Assembly (NCBI GenBank): GCA_000091205.1 | Contig: AP006501.2 | DNA length: 64,000 nt | DNA from: Cyanidioschyzon merolae | Taxonomy: Eukaryota | Strand: one strand, 5' to 3' | Shown: in pieces, positions 1 to 10,217 of the stretch | How positions within the stretch are numbered: the first letter of the stretch is position 1 | How the letters are laid out: the number at the start of each line of letters is the position of its first letter | Program-made: the position numbers and the translations under genes | Notes under the pieces: model-generated | The model's database searches: none | What the model saw: only the letters and a program-made list of their open reading frames with translations | Told to the model about the DNA's origin: nothing

Positions 1-78
1 GCTGCTGCAGCTGGAGCTGCTGCCGCTACCGGGGCACCAGATACGGACCTTGTGGAACGAACGGATACGGAGACAAGG

Positions 79-1062
79 ATGGCTCTGCTCGATGAATTGC
101 GCCATGCACATGCCGCCGCCGCCGCTGCTACCAGCTCCAGCATGATTCATGGGCATCCCGTGCCCGCGACGGATCGCCGTTCGGTGAAGTACGGGCCGCA
201 CTGGCGATTCGCACCGCTTGCAGCCATTGCCGCGCACGCGCGCAGCCTCGCGACCCCTGGGGTTGTCACGGGAGTCGGCGAAACCGCATGCTCGACGCTT
301 TCGTTACTGAAACTGCTCGCGGAGGATACGAGGCGATTGGTTGACGAGATACTGATCCTAGCTTCTGGTACCGACGAAGCGGAAACAACAGAGCCGGCAA
401 AGCGCCTGCCCGATCGCGATACAACCACAGAGACGCTTGGACGCATTTTGCTTGCGTACGCACAGGCCTTGGTTTCTGTGGCGGAGGCGCAAGCAGGTTC
501 CGGAGAGTCGCAAAACACTGTGATGCATGACCTGGGAAAGACCGCTCTTCAGGCGCTGATCCAGGCTGAACGATCGGGTATTCGAGAACCCCATTTTCGA
601 CATGCACTCCGAACTTTGATCCGAGGCTTCGTACCCGCGACAGCATCAGCGGATTGTGTCGCTGCTATCAGCGCAATACTCGAAGAGCATCTTCCGAGCG
701 GACGCATAGAGCGAGAATCCCACCGCTTAGAGCTACTGTGTCAGGTGGTTACCCTGGGTCCGGATCTGCTTGCCCTAGCATCAGTATTGAGGCGTGCGAG
801 CCGTAACCAGACGTCCCACGTCCTGTCTGCGGTCGCGTGCCCTGACCTGAGGGCTCCTTGTTCTACCAAATGGTACAGGCAGGTCGTCCAGCTCTACGAA
901 ATCGGGGCCAGAACCATCGCGAATCAGCTAACTGGTTGTTGGCCGGCGGAAGACCTGCAGGAACACACCGCTGATTTCCTCGTCAACGGGGCGATGCAGT
1001 TGCCTTTGCTTTGTACAGGAAACCTATCAGAACACGATTCAACTGTTGCGCCTGTGAGATAG
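79..1062 (+). CDS. hypothetical Ala/Leu-rich protein; may be truncated by the window start
   Basis: Track ORF 52..1062 begins at GTG; first in-frame ATG at 79. No recognisable motif. Confidence 0.2.
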   Translation: MALLDELRHAHAAAAAATSSSMIHGHPVPATDRRSVKYGPHWRFAPLAAIAAHARSLATPGVVTGVGETACSTLSLLKLLAEDTRRLVDEILILASGTDEAETTEPAKRLPDRDTTTETLGRILLAYAQALVSVAEAQAGSGESQNTVMHDLGKTALQALIQAERSGIREPHFRHALRTLIRGFVPATASADCVAAISAILEEHLPSGRIERESHRLELLCQVVTLGPDLLALASVLRRASRNQTSHVLSAVACPDLRAPCSTKWYRQVVQLYEIGARTIANQLTGCWPAEDLQEHTADFLVNGAMQLPLLCTGNLSEHDSTVAPVR

Positions 1063-2501
1063 ATTCATACTGCCTGCTGTTTTCGCGAATGGAGGCAGTA
1101 TCGTGGACAAGTTGCCTCGTGTTGGCGCGTTCTGTGGCGGAGCGGACCACGCCACCACCAGGAAATCCATGATGACGCCCTATGGAGACCAACGGAGACG
1201 CCGCATCAACCCTCATGCGCAGACAAGGACGAAAACGATCCGAAGCGAGCGATAGGATGCACTGGTGGCGTCTGCTTGCGCGCCGTCTCCACCGGCCGCA
1301 TCACGTCGCCCGCAACAGAACACCGGTTGCAAGCATGGTTGCGCTTACAAGTCACCAGCGCGGGCCGCGCTGTGCTGTATGCCGCCTGTAGCCTGAGGCC
1401 GCTGCAGCCTCCGGTGCGCAGAACCCGAGCGATTCTCGAGAACTGCCACGTTACGCGGACACCCGTTTCTACTTTTCAGCAGAAGGACACACTCCCGACA
1501 GAACATAGCCTGGTACTTGGCGCCAGGGGCGTTGCAGCGACAGCAGCGCGGCGTCTCGCCTCGCCGTTGTGGTTGCTCGACAAGCAGAAGCGCACAGTCT
1601 GCGCAGATGCGAGCAGGTTCGAATAGCGCGTGCACTGCTTCACAAGTCACGCACTGACCGTCGCAGCGCGCACATAACAAGCCGACTTCACTGCCCTGTG
1701 TGCGGCCGCACTGAGCTCCGGTATGTTTCAGGGACATTTGCGGTGCGCTCGAGCGTCTCGCTTTCGCCTCCTGAGAACGCGACGGCCAACTGCACGCACA
1801 GTTCACAGGTTCAGACTCGTAGTTGTCGTGGGTTTCGTCAACTAAGCACCGCTGCGCCTTTAGACGGTGCCAGCGCGTCTCCAAAGCCGCCTAACGGGGA
1901 ACTCAGGAACCAGTTCGGTGTCAGACTTGGAGCAAAACTTTCAACCAGTGCGCTCGTTCCACACGTTGCAGTACCGTCAAATCAAAAGGTTGAGCACTGG
2001 CTTATCGGGTACGCTGAAAGACTCGGCTAGTCCAAGCGGACGCGTGTCTGCCAACGTAACACTGACTAGAACGCGGCCCTGTTTTGGTACTTGCTCCGGG
2101 GCTCGGTGGACCGCGATGGACCACGCGACGAGCGCGCTCTGGCAGGCAGCTGCACAGCGATGAAGTCAGAGGCCTGGGAACGCGCACAGCGCCGCGGAGT
2201 TAATCCGACGCGCGTCCGGAACGCCACAGCGCACCGTTTATGCCGCAAGTTGCAGAGCGCCTGCGAGCAGGCCGGCCCAATGAGCAGCTCGCCACAAGTC
2301 CATGAACTGAACGGGCGTTCAGCAGGCTCGGAACGTGCACAGCCTCCTGCTGTTGCGGATTCGACGTTAGCAAACGAGTTAGAAATCGACCAAAAGCCGC
2401 TTTACAACGAATGCACCGCATTTTCTGCATTTAGGCCCCGTTTCATGCCGTATATGTATGTCAACGCCAGTGCTTAGTCGCCGCACCGTCTCGGCAGCGT
2501 T

Positions 2502-3761
2502 TCAAGGTGATTCGGGTTCGGGTTCGGATTCGGGTTCCAGTTGCGCAACGATAACGCTCGCATCGTCACCCTTCCCAGGACAAACAAGTCTCGGCATGCG
2601 TTCCGATATGTAAGGATCGCAATTGGTGCAGCTGGAGAAGTTATGTGCGAGTTGTGCCAGTTGATAGCTTAACAACACTGGATCTATGTGGGTAAAGGTG
2701 CCCAAGCAGGTCCGATTCGCCACCGCCAGATTCGAATCATACGCAGAAGAGACCGGACACACCAGCGCGAGAATCTGGCTCTCACTGATATTATCGAAAA
2801 GGCCATCCGTCCCAAATATAACCGTATCGTACGCTCGTAGTCGGAACACGTCGAGGTAAATGGGCACCACATCACCCGTACACGTCTCGATCGTGATGCT
2901 GGTGCGTTGGGTTTCCGGATTCCCCTCGATGCCGTTGAGGCTCGAGAACACAATTGTTTGATCACGAATCACGAGGAACCCGATATTGCCTGTACGCACG
3001 GCATAGAGCAGATTCCCATTGTTTGCGAGACATGCCGCCAGCACCGACACCGAACGCACTGCTTCGGGCGGCCGCATATGCGTCACGGCATCACGGAGAC
3101 AGCTGAGTAGTTCGAAGCGTGGTTGCCAGTTTCGTCCTCGAGCGGTGTCTTGCTCCGATTCAGAAAAAAGCACCTGTTCAATGAACCCGTCTAAGATGTT
3201 GCGCACATGGTACTGCGCCGTGTACATATGCGCCAGTTCTACATCGCGCGTGTCCTTAATCGGTGCGAATGCCGCGCGAACAACACCACGCTCAGTGGCG
3301 TAGAGAACGTGACCGCAGTCCGCAAGGCCCACCGCGCCCTTCCCCTCGCAAACGAAGACCGTGTCCGTCGACCCCGAGAGAAGCAACGCCTCACCAGGAA
3401 ACGTTGTACCTTGTTCCGCACTAGGACGATCGCCGATGATCTGGTACGTTCCACACCGAAAGACGCACCGCTGCTCTGAGACTGCAAGCGGACGCTGCTC
3501 GTTGTGCGGCTCGCTCCGCAACGACAGTTTCGCCACGCCGCACCGCCGCTGTGCCTCGTGTGAGTGCTGACCGCGCAAACACCTCAGTGCAGACGCCGAC
3601 GAGAAGAGGCTTCCGCGATAAACACACGTGTTAATAACGAACTGCAACGGATTATCAGGTTCAACTGGCTGCCGCAACGAGCTTGGGGTTTCTTTGAACA
3701 GAGTGCCGCCTCGTTGCCTGCCGAGCGACCGCATGGCGAAAACGTACCGCCTGCTTGGCAT
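2502..3761 (-). CDS. PPM/PP2C-like protein phosphatase, divergent
   Basis: 419-aa ORF with an ATG start. PP2C-like blocks: LANNGNLLYAVRTGNIGFLVIRD (cf. VANVGDSRAVL), VIFGTDGLFDNISESQI (cf. LILASDGLWDV), C-terminal GKGDDASVIVAQL (cf. SKDNITVIVV). The N-terminal ~120 aa are not obviously PP2C. Confidence 0.4.
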   Translation of the reverse strand: MPSRRYVFAMRSLGRQRGGTLFKETPSSLRQPVEPDNPLQFVINTCVYRGSLFSSASALRCLRGQHSHEAQRRCGVAKLSLRSEPHNEQRPLAVSEQRCVFRCGTYQIIGDRPSAEQGTTFPGEALLLSGSTDTVFVCEGKGAVGLADCGHVLYATERGVVRAAFAPIKDTRDVELAHMYTAQYHVRNILDGFIEQVLFSESEQDTARGRNWQPRFELLSCLRDAVTHMRPPEAVRSVSVLAACLANNGNLLYAVRTGNIGFLVIRDQTIVFSSLNGIEGNPETQRTSITIETCTGDVVPIYLDVFRLRAYDTVIFGTDGLFDNISESQILALVCPVSSAYDSNLAVANRTCLGTFTHIDPVLLSYQLAQLAHNFSSCTNCDPYISERMPRLVCPGKGDDASVIVAQLEPESEPEPESP

Positions 3762-3872
3762 AGACAGTGACCGGAAAGCTGCACCGAAAACGCCGTTGTG
3801 CTCTTCTCGAGCCTGTGTTCCGAGACCTGCACGCCGCCTCCAACAAACGCCGTTCTAAAGAAAAGGCTGCTG

Positions 3873-6145
3873 TCACCAGTGGTACAGCAGTGGCGCGCCA
3901 CGCGCCCCCCAGACAAAACGTCTCGAGCAGATGCGCAGATGCCCTTCAGATTTCTTGAACCGGCCACCCAATACTGCTTCCAACTTCTTTTCATATAGTT
4001 CAACTTTGAGAGGTTGTCCAAGAAAATTTTCTCTTGACAGCTGTGGAGGTCGTTTCTCCAGCAGCGCACATTTCCTTATATTGATTGCGGCGTTAAAGTC
4101 ACGATTCACAAACTCCATATGTTTCTTGCCATTGGTAGTTGGACTCACTAGTGCAAGCAATCCACGAACTTTCGCCCTCCTTTTCATTTGCTCTTCCGTC
4201 AGCGGTCCGTACTTTTTTACATCCTCAGGGCTTCGCTGATATTTTTCCATCTCGACCGTCTGAAGTGTGCACCCCAGTTCATGGTGTGTATAGGACGTTC
4301 GGAACTCATCTGCAGGTATCGTAGCGAAGCTCCGTGCGCACTTCTTGTACGTTCTTGTTGTTGGAGCTGGCGTAGTTCCTTTTTTGGGTCCTCCATCGCC
4401 CTGCTCCGTATGCTACTACGAGCCTTTGACTTTCATCCTCCTTCAAGGCGCTCAACTGACTGAAAAAGTTGGCGACTGCAAGCCGCTTCCCACAATACAG
4501 GTTCATAAGCAGACGGGCCCATCGAGGCTTTGTATACTCCTCCCACAGCGCATCCCAATGAGCAACGCGAACTTCCATAAACTCCCGAAAAGCGTTAGAG
4601 TCCGCTCCTCGGGTCGTCACCTCGCTCAAAGCCTCCAGGTGCTCTTTCATTCCTGAATTCCATGTAATGATTTTCTTCCTTGCATTCATTACGCCGGATC
4701 CTCGGTAGTATCTCGCTCTCGAGAACCTCAACAGACGCATGTCTTTCTGACGTGAGTTGCCGTCAGTACCATCTTCCGCGCGCTTGGGAGCAGCGATGGT
4801 TACGATATTCGTAACCCCAGGGTCCGCGCCAACGACAAAGTCGTTATCCTGCACTTTCTGTGTGGCACAATCTGCCTCCTTCTCATCTTCATGCTTCGTC
4901 ACGGACACTATCGAAGACGGAACTGGACGATCCGCCTTCAAGCGCCGATAGTGAACACACATGGCTACTCCATCGGTTTCGATCACCCCTGTGAATACCT
5001 TTTGTTTGCTCACTTTCAGACTTGTGAAATCGAAGATATTCTTCCAGTACGTGTCCCGGTTTTCACCGGTACTCTCCTTCCTGCTGACATTAAACTCGGG
5101 GCTGAACTCCTTCATGATGCCGTAAAGGATTCTGGAATCGATAGTCACAAAATGTGACTCGATGTTGGACAACGGAACGACGTTGAAGCGCTTACCCAGA
5201 AGCGCAGCCTTTCGTCTCCCCCACTCTTCATTTTTTCCTCACTCAGCTTCATCTCTGCCTTGCGTTCGAGCTCACGGTCCAGAAACACAAAGTAACGCAG
5301 GACGTGGCGGTAGTATCTTTCGTTATCTTTTTTCAACTCTGATATGTTTGCTGCTCGGTTCGCCAACCCCAGTACCGCACGATGCTCTTGTATAGCCGCT
5401 CGGATGACGGAATCCTCATTCATGCTCCTGAGTGATTTCTTCTCGTCGATGAATTCAATCTCATCTTCATGCTTGCGATCGTTCGTGTTGCCATTGATAA
5501 TCGCCCATATCCCCTGGCGAATGAGACCGGGTAGAGTGCAAAGATGGAGCGTATCATGAAGTTCTTGAGGTTCATTGTTAAATGGTTCTTTAGACTGGTG
5601 AGGTAGTTCATCGCTCCGTAGGTGTAAATATTCGAATCCCCCCCTGTATCGAGTACCGTCGAAGCGGAACTCGGCGTAAATTTTGTGGAGGGCATGAACT
5701 CGCTCATTTCACCTAGACGTTTCACCGGTGCCAAGCATCCGGTGATGAAAAACGGTTTTGTTGAGAAAATCTTCCAGAATATGGACTGTTTTGATGTCCG
5801 TAACGTCATGATACCATTTTCTTAGGAAATCCACCATTCCTTGAGAAGCGTCACGAACACCGCTGGAGTTCGGCTCGACACGGTTCCAGATTGCCTCTCG
5901 AACGTTTTCCCTGTACGGATCCTTGGTATGTTGAAGAAGACAGGCTTTCACCGCCATCTCGTCGTACCGTCATCTTTTGCGTAGCCTTTGACGTAGGGCC
6001 TCCCGCTTTTACTTCTTCTTCTTATCCTGTTCCTTTGCACTTGGCACTGTTCTTCATTTTTTCGGGCTGCCGGCGACATTGGCGCCCAGGATCCTCCACT
6101 TCCCCTCCCGTAACTTTCCTTTTTCAATATAAAAAACCGAAACAA
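3873..6145 (-). pseudogene. Fanzor-type TnpB-like RNA-guided endonuclease gene with at least 4 frameshifts
   Basis: The reading frame switches between consecutive ORF segments. One example lies at 4250-4306: a third frame restores ...FRTSYTHHELGCTLQTVEMEKYQR. Catalytic-looking residues are retained. Confidence 0.65.
3876..6116 (-). mobile_element. Fanzor/TnpB-like element, copy A (~2.24 kb, degraded)
   Basis: Colinear ORF segments on the minus strand (5948-6145, 5709-5957, 5420-5809, 5145-5423, 4306-5172, 3873-4250) jointly encode a ~700-aa protein. It carries [12 protein letters not shown] (RuvC-I-like) and EFVNRDFNAAINIRKCA (the classical TnpB/Fanzor RuvC-III motif). Homology to copy B begins at ~6116 and ends just after the stop codon. 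Confidence 0.7.
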
Positions 6146-7199
6146 CTTTGGATGGTACAGCTATTACGCATAAAAAAGCACTTGAATACATTAGTGTGAA
6201 GGTTGAAACACGATTGAGGACAAACAATGGGCTTTTCTACGACTTGAAATCGTTAAAATTTGTACGATAGAGCTACATGCTTCATTTTTCCGATGGAAAA
6301 ACACTTACATTGACAATGGATCCCAGATTGTGCTATAAATGGGTATCGGATTTGGCGAAAGCATCCATCATGCTGCATTCTAACTCCAGATTCCATTACG
6401 TATACTTCCTTTCAGATGTACTACTCGTCTCGTGCTTCCTGTCATTCGCCGGGTGCATGCGTTGATGCACCCGCCTTAGCGTCTAATCCGCTGATGCCGA
6501 TGCATAACAGAGACAGGACAGCGTTGCCGTACTACTGAGGGCGTCGGATCGAGGAATGCTCCACCTGACACAGAGTCGGAGTATAGGATCATTCTGGGAG
6601 CCAGCAAGCTCCGCAGACAGACACACTGCCTGCGATAGCGTGAAGCTATATACCAGGACTCCACCGCGACCAGATCGACGCCCAGATGCAGTTTAACTGC
6701 CGCTAGTACCAGAATAAACAGTGCTGCAGACGAATTGCTCAGATTTCTATGCAGCACCCGCCACTGGGTGGCGAGCACGAAGCACGTGCCTGGGGTACTC
6801 GTCTGGCTCGCGGGTTTTTCCGTCGAGAAATTCAACTTTCGACAAAACGGGAACCGTGTTTCCTTTTTATCGTTTATCGTGCAGGGAAGATAAATTGGTA
6901 TATCGTTGCTAGTTAATGGTTAGTCTCTGTTCTTTGCTCTGTATGCTGCGGTCGGTTAGCGCGCCGGGGAGATCAGGTCGTACGAGACAAGACGCACGTG
7001 TCGCCGTTGAAAGGAAACGCGAAATTGTGAAAATCCGTTTTCTTATTGTTCTACCGTACAAGTTGTATTTGCGTTAAAGTCGTAACAAAGTAAAGTTGTT
7101 TCATGCAATTGTGTTTCAAACCTCAAGTAAGTGTATACAAATGATGTTTGGCAATTCAGATCAGAAGCGTCGAAAGAACCTTCTTCTTCTTCAAAAATA

Positions 7200-9416
7200 A
7201 AAAAGGTTATGGAAAAGAAACTGGAGGATCCTGGACATCTGGTGTCGTCGACTGCCGGAGACTGACGAAAAACATGGCGGAGCTAAAAGGAACATGAGAA
7301 GACGATGGAGCAAAAGAGGAAGGCCCGAGGTCAGAAGCTGAACGAACCACGACAGTACGACAAGATGGTGGTGAAAACCTGTCTTCTCGCACATATCAAG
7401 GATCCGTCCCGGCGAAGGCTGCGAGAGGCCATCAGAAACCGTATCGAGTCATACTCCATGAGTGTTATGATGGCTTCTGCAGGTATAATGCATTTGGTGA
7501 AGGAGATGCGCGACGACGTAACGGGCATCAAAACAGTCGAGGTTCTGGAAGAATTTTTCGGCAAAACCTTTATTCGTCACCTGATGCTTGGTACAGGGGA
7601 AACGTCGAGGAGAAATGAGCGGGTGCATGCCCTCTGCCAAAAATACTCCTTCTACAGCTCCAACGGTACTCGAGACAGGGGTGACTCGCATATTTACACC
7701 GTCGGGTTATGAAGCACCTCACGAACCTGAAGAACTATTTGACCATGAGCCTGGAACGTTTCATGATACGCGCCGTCTGTACGCGCTACCCGGGCCCCTC
7801 TCGCGAAGGGATATGGACCATCATCGACGGCATCACAAACGATAGTAAGAATGAGCAGGAGATCGAATTTGTTCACGGGAAGACATCACGCAGGAGAGCA
7901 AATGAGGATTCTGGAATCCGTGCAGCTATTAAAGAGCATCGTGTGGTCTTGGGGCTGGCGAGTCCAGCAGAAAAGATATCCGAGTTGAAAAAAGATTCGG
8001 AAAGATACGATCGCCTCATCTTGCGCTATACCATATTCCTGAACCGACAACTGAAATGCAAGACCGATATGGAGCAGGGTGTTGAAGCAAATGCAGTGTC
8101 GGAGAAACGGAAAGCTGCGCTTCTGGAGAAGCGCGTCAACGTCGTTCCGTTGTGCAACATCAAGTCACATTTTGTGAGTATCGACTCCGAAATCCCTTAC
8201 GGCATCATTACGGAGATCTGTCCAGTGTTCGATGTAAGCAACAAGCAGTTCACCGATGAAAACCAGGAGACGTACTGGAAGAAGAATATCTTCGATTCCA
8301 AACGTCTCAGAACGAGCAAGAAAAAGGAATTCACTGGGATGATCGAAAGTGATGCGATAGCCATGCGTGTACATTATCGGCGCTTGAAGGCGGATCGTCC
8401 AGTTCTGTCTTCGTTGCCGTCGCTGGCAAAGCGTGAAGAAAACAAAGAGGCTAGCCCAACGACGCAGGAGGTGCATGAGAACCACTTTGTCGTTGGCGCG
8501 GGCCCTGGGAACACGAATATCAGGACCATCACAACACGCAATTGCGGGGATGATGGCATCGACGACAACCTACGTCAAAAAACACATGCGTGTTTTAAAG
8601 CTTTCAAGAACGAGATATTACCGAGAATTCGGTGTGATGAATGCAAAGAAGAAAAGTGGGGCGTGGAACGCAGGATTGAAAGAGCACCTGGAAGCGATCA
8701 GCCAGGTGACGGGCCGGGGAGCGGACTTTCACGCTTTTCGGGAGTTTATGGAAGTTCGTGTTGCTCATTGCGAGGCGCTGTAGGAGGAGTATACAAAGCC
8801 CCGGTGGGCTCGGTTGCGTATGAATCTACACGGTGGGAGCCAGCGTGCGTTCGCGAGTTTTTTCAATGAATTGAACGTCTTGAAGGAGAGCGACAGTCAG
8901 AGGCTCGTACTAGCGTATGGAGCAGGGCGATGGAAGACCCGAAAAGGGTGTACACGAGCTCCAACTACAAGAACGCACAAGGAGTGTGCAAGGCGTTTCG
9001 TTACGATACCTGTAGATGAGTTACGAACGTCGTATACACACCATGAACTGGGTTGTACGCATCATAGAGTGGAGATGGAAAAGTACCAGTGAAGCCCTGA
9101 GGATGTAAAAAAGTACGGAGCGTTGACGGAGGAACAAATGGAAAGCAGGGCGAAAGCTCGTGGACTACTCGCATTACTGTGTACAAACAAAGATGGCAAG
9201 AAACGTATGGAGTTTGTGAATCGTGACTTTAACGCCGCTATCAATATAAGGAGATGTGCGGTGGTGGAAAGAAGACCTCCAGAGTGGACACGATAGAACT
9301 TTGTTGCGCAATCATTCAAACTGGAACTGTATGAGAAAAAGTTGGAGGCAGTAGTAGGTGGCCTGTCCAAAAAGGCTGGGAGGCGTCTGCACGTCAGCCG
9401 AAGACGATTTATCTAG
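7200..9416 (+). mobile_element. Fanzor/TnpB-like element, copy B (~2.2 kb, degraded), inverted relative to copy A
   Basis: ORF segments 7305-7712, 7709-8869, 8433-8783, 8814-9092 and a 9095-9416 frame are colinear with copy A at ~55-65% aa identity. RuvC-I reads [10 protein letters not shown] (D to G). The C-terminus reads MEFVNRDFNAAINIRRCAVV with in-frame stops (MEKYQ*, ...EWTR*). Confidence 0.7.
7305..9416 (+). pseudogene. Fanzor-type TnpB-like endonuclease gene, inactivated (frameshifts, stops, RuvC-I D to G)
   Basis: As above; the aligned sequence contains stop codons. Confidence 0.65.
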
Positions 9417-10217
9417 CGCGGGTTTCTCGCCACTACTGTACACGGCCGCCGGCGACGTTCGTCTTTTAGGGCGTTCCTTGTGTCGGCGATACCACGGACC
9501 AGCAGCAGGCGACCGCGCCCATCGCCCGAAAGAAGCAACCGGTTTCGCGAGCTGGACGCAGTACGGCGCTCTGCCCTGTGCGCCTTTTGTGGCTTTCAGG
9601 TACGCGGTCTACCGCTCCGGACACTGCTCCAACAGTCTGGCCGGTCCTTGATTACGACAAGTAGCGCTGAAAGCAAGCCTTTCGTGCACGGAAACTGAAC
9701 GCGAGTCGGAGCACTGTTCGTCACACAAGTGCTGGGTTATCCGTTCTCGTCCCTATCATAGACGTGTGTGTGTGGGCGTGCGGGTGGCTCCGCTTTGCTC
9801 CTCGAGATTTTCCCTTCCGTGAAACGGGGACGTGTCTGCAGGATTATGTGACGTACGCGAGTTTGATCGGAAGACAGTTACTGTCAGGAAAGCGCTGGCT
9901 GGAGCTGCCCGCAAGACGACTGGTCGCAGGAGGTGTTTTCGTGGTAAGCGTCACCCTCGCCGGCATCACGCTTTACCACGGGTGGTATTCCAACACACAA
10001 AGCATTCAAGACGATCATGTCCGGAATGGCTCTGTGGAGACGTGCGACTGCGCCCCGCTATGGAGATGCATGCAAGCGTTCGGTAGCGAGCACGCACCAG
10101 AGTGCGCAGCGGAACGAAGCAGCCTCCTGCGCTGCATGGCGCACAGCAAGCCTTCTACATCATAAACATGAAGGGGCACCATTGGCGGCCTTTATGTGAC
10201 TGTGCAAAGAAGTGACA

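Noticed and set aside
3761-3876. Treating the first ~100 aa of the PP2C-like ORF (MPSRRYVFAMRSLGRQRGGTLFKETPSS...) as bona fide N-terminus.
   Set aside because: This segment lies immediately downstream of the Fanzor 3' end and has no PP2C similarity. It may be 5'UTR or transposon-flank sequence read as protein. It is kept within the CDS call only because the ATG is in-frame, and the start is flagged as uncertain.
3931-4463. Long ORFs antisense to Fanzor copies: 3931-4239(+), 4188-4463(+), 9062-9370(-), 30272-30571(-), 16057-16392(+), 54306-54512(+). They give similar peptides across copies (for example ...LILIAALKSRFTNSI...).
   Set aside because: They are the reverse-complement frames of the conserved TnpB-like C-terminal coding region. 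Their recurrence follows automatically from nucleotide conservation of the sense frame, and only the sense frame carries recognisable RuvC motifs.
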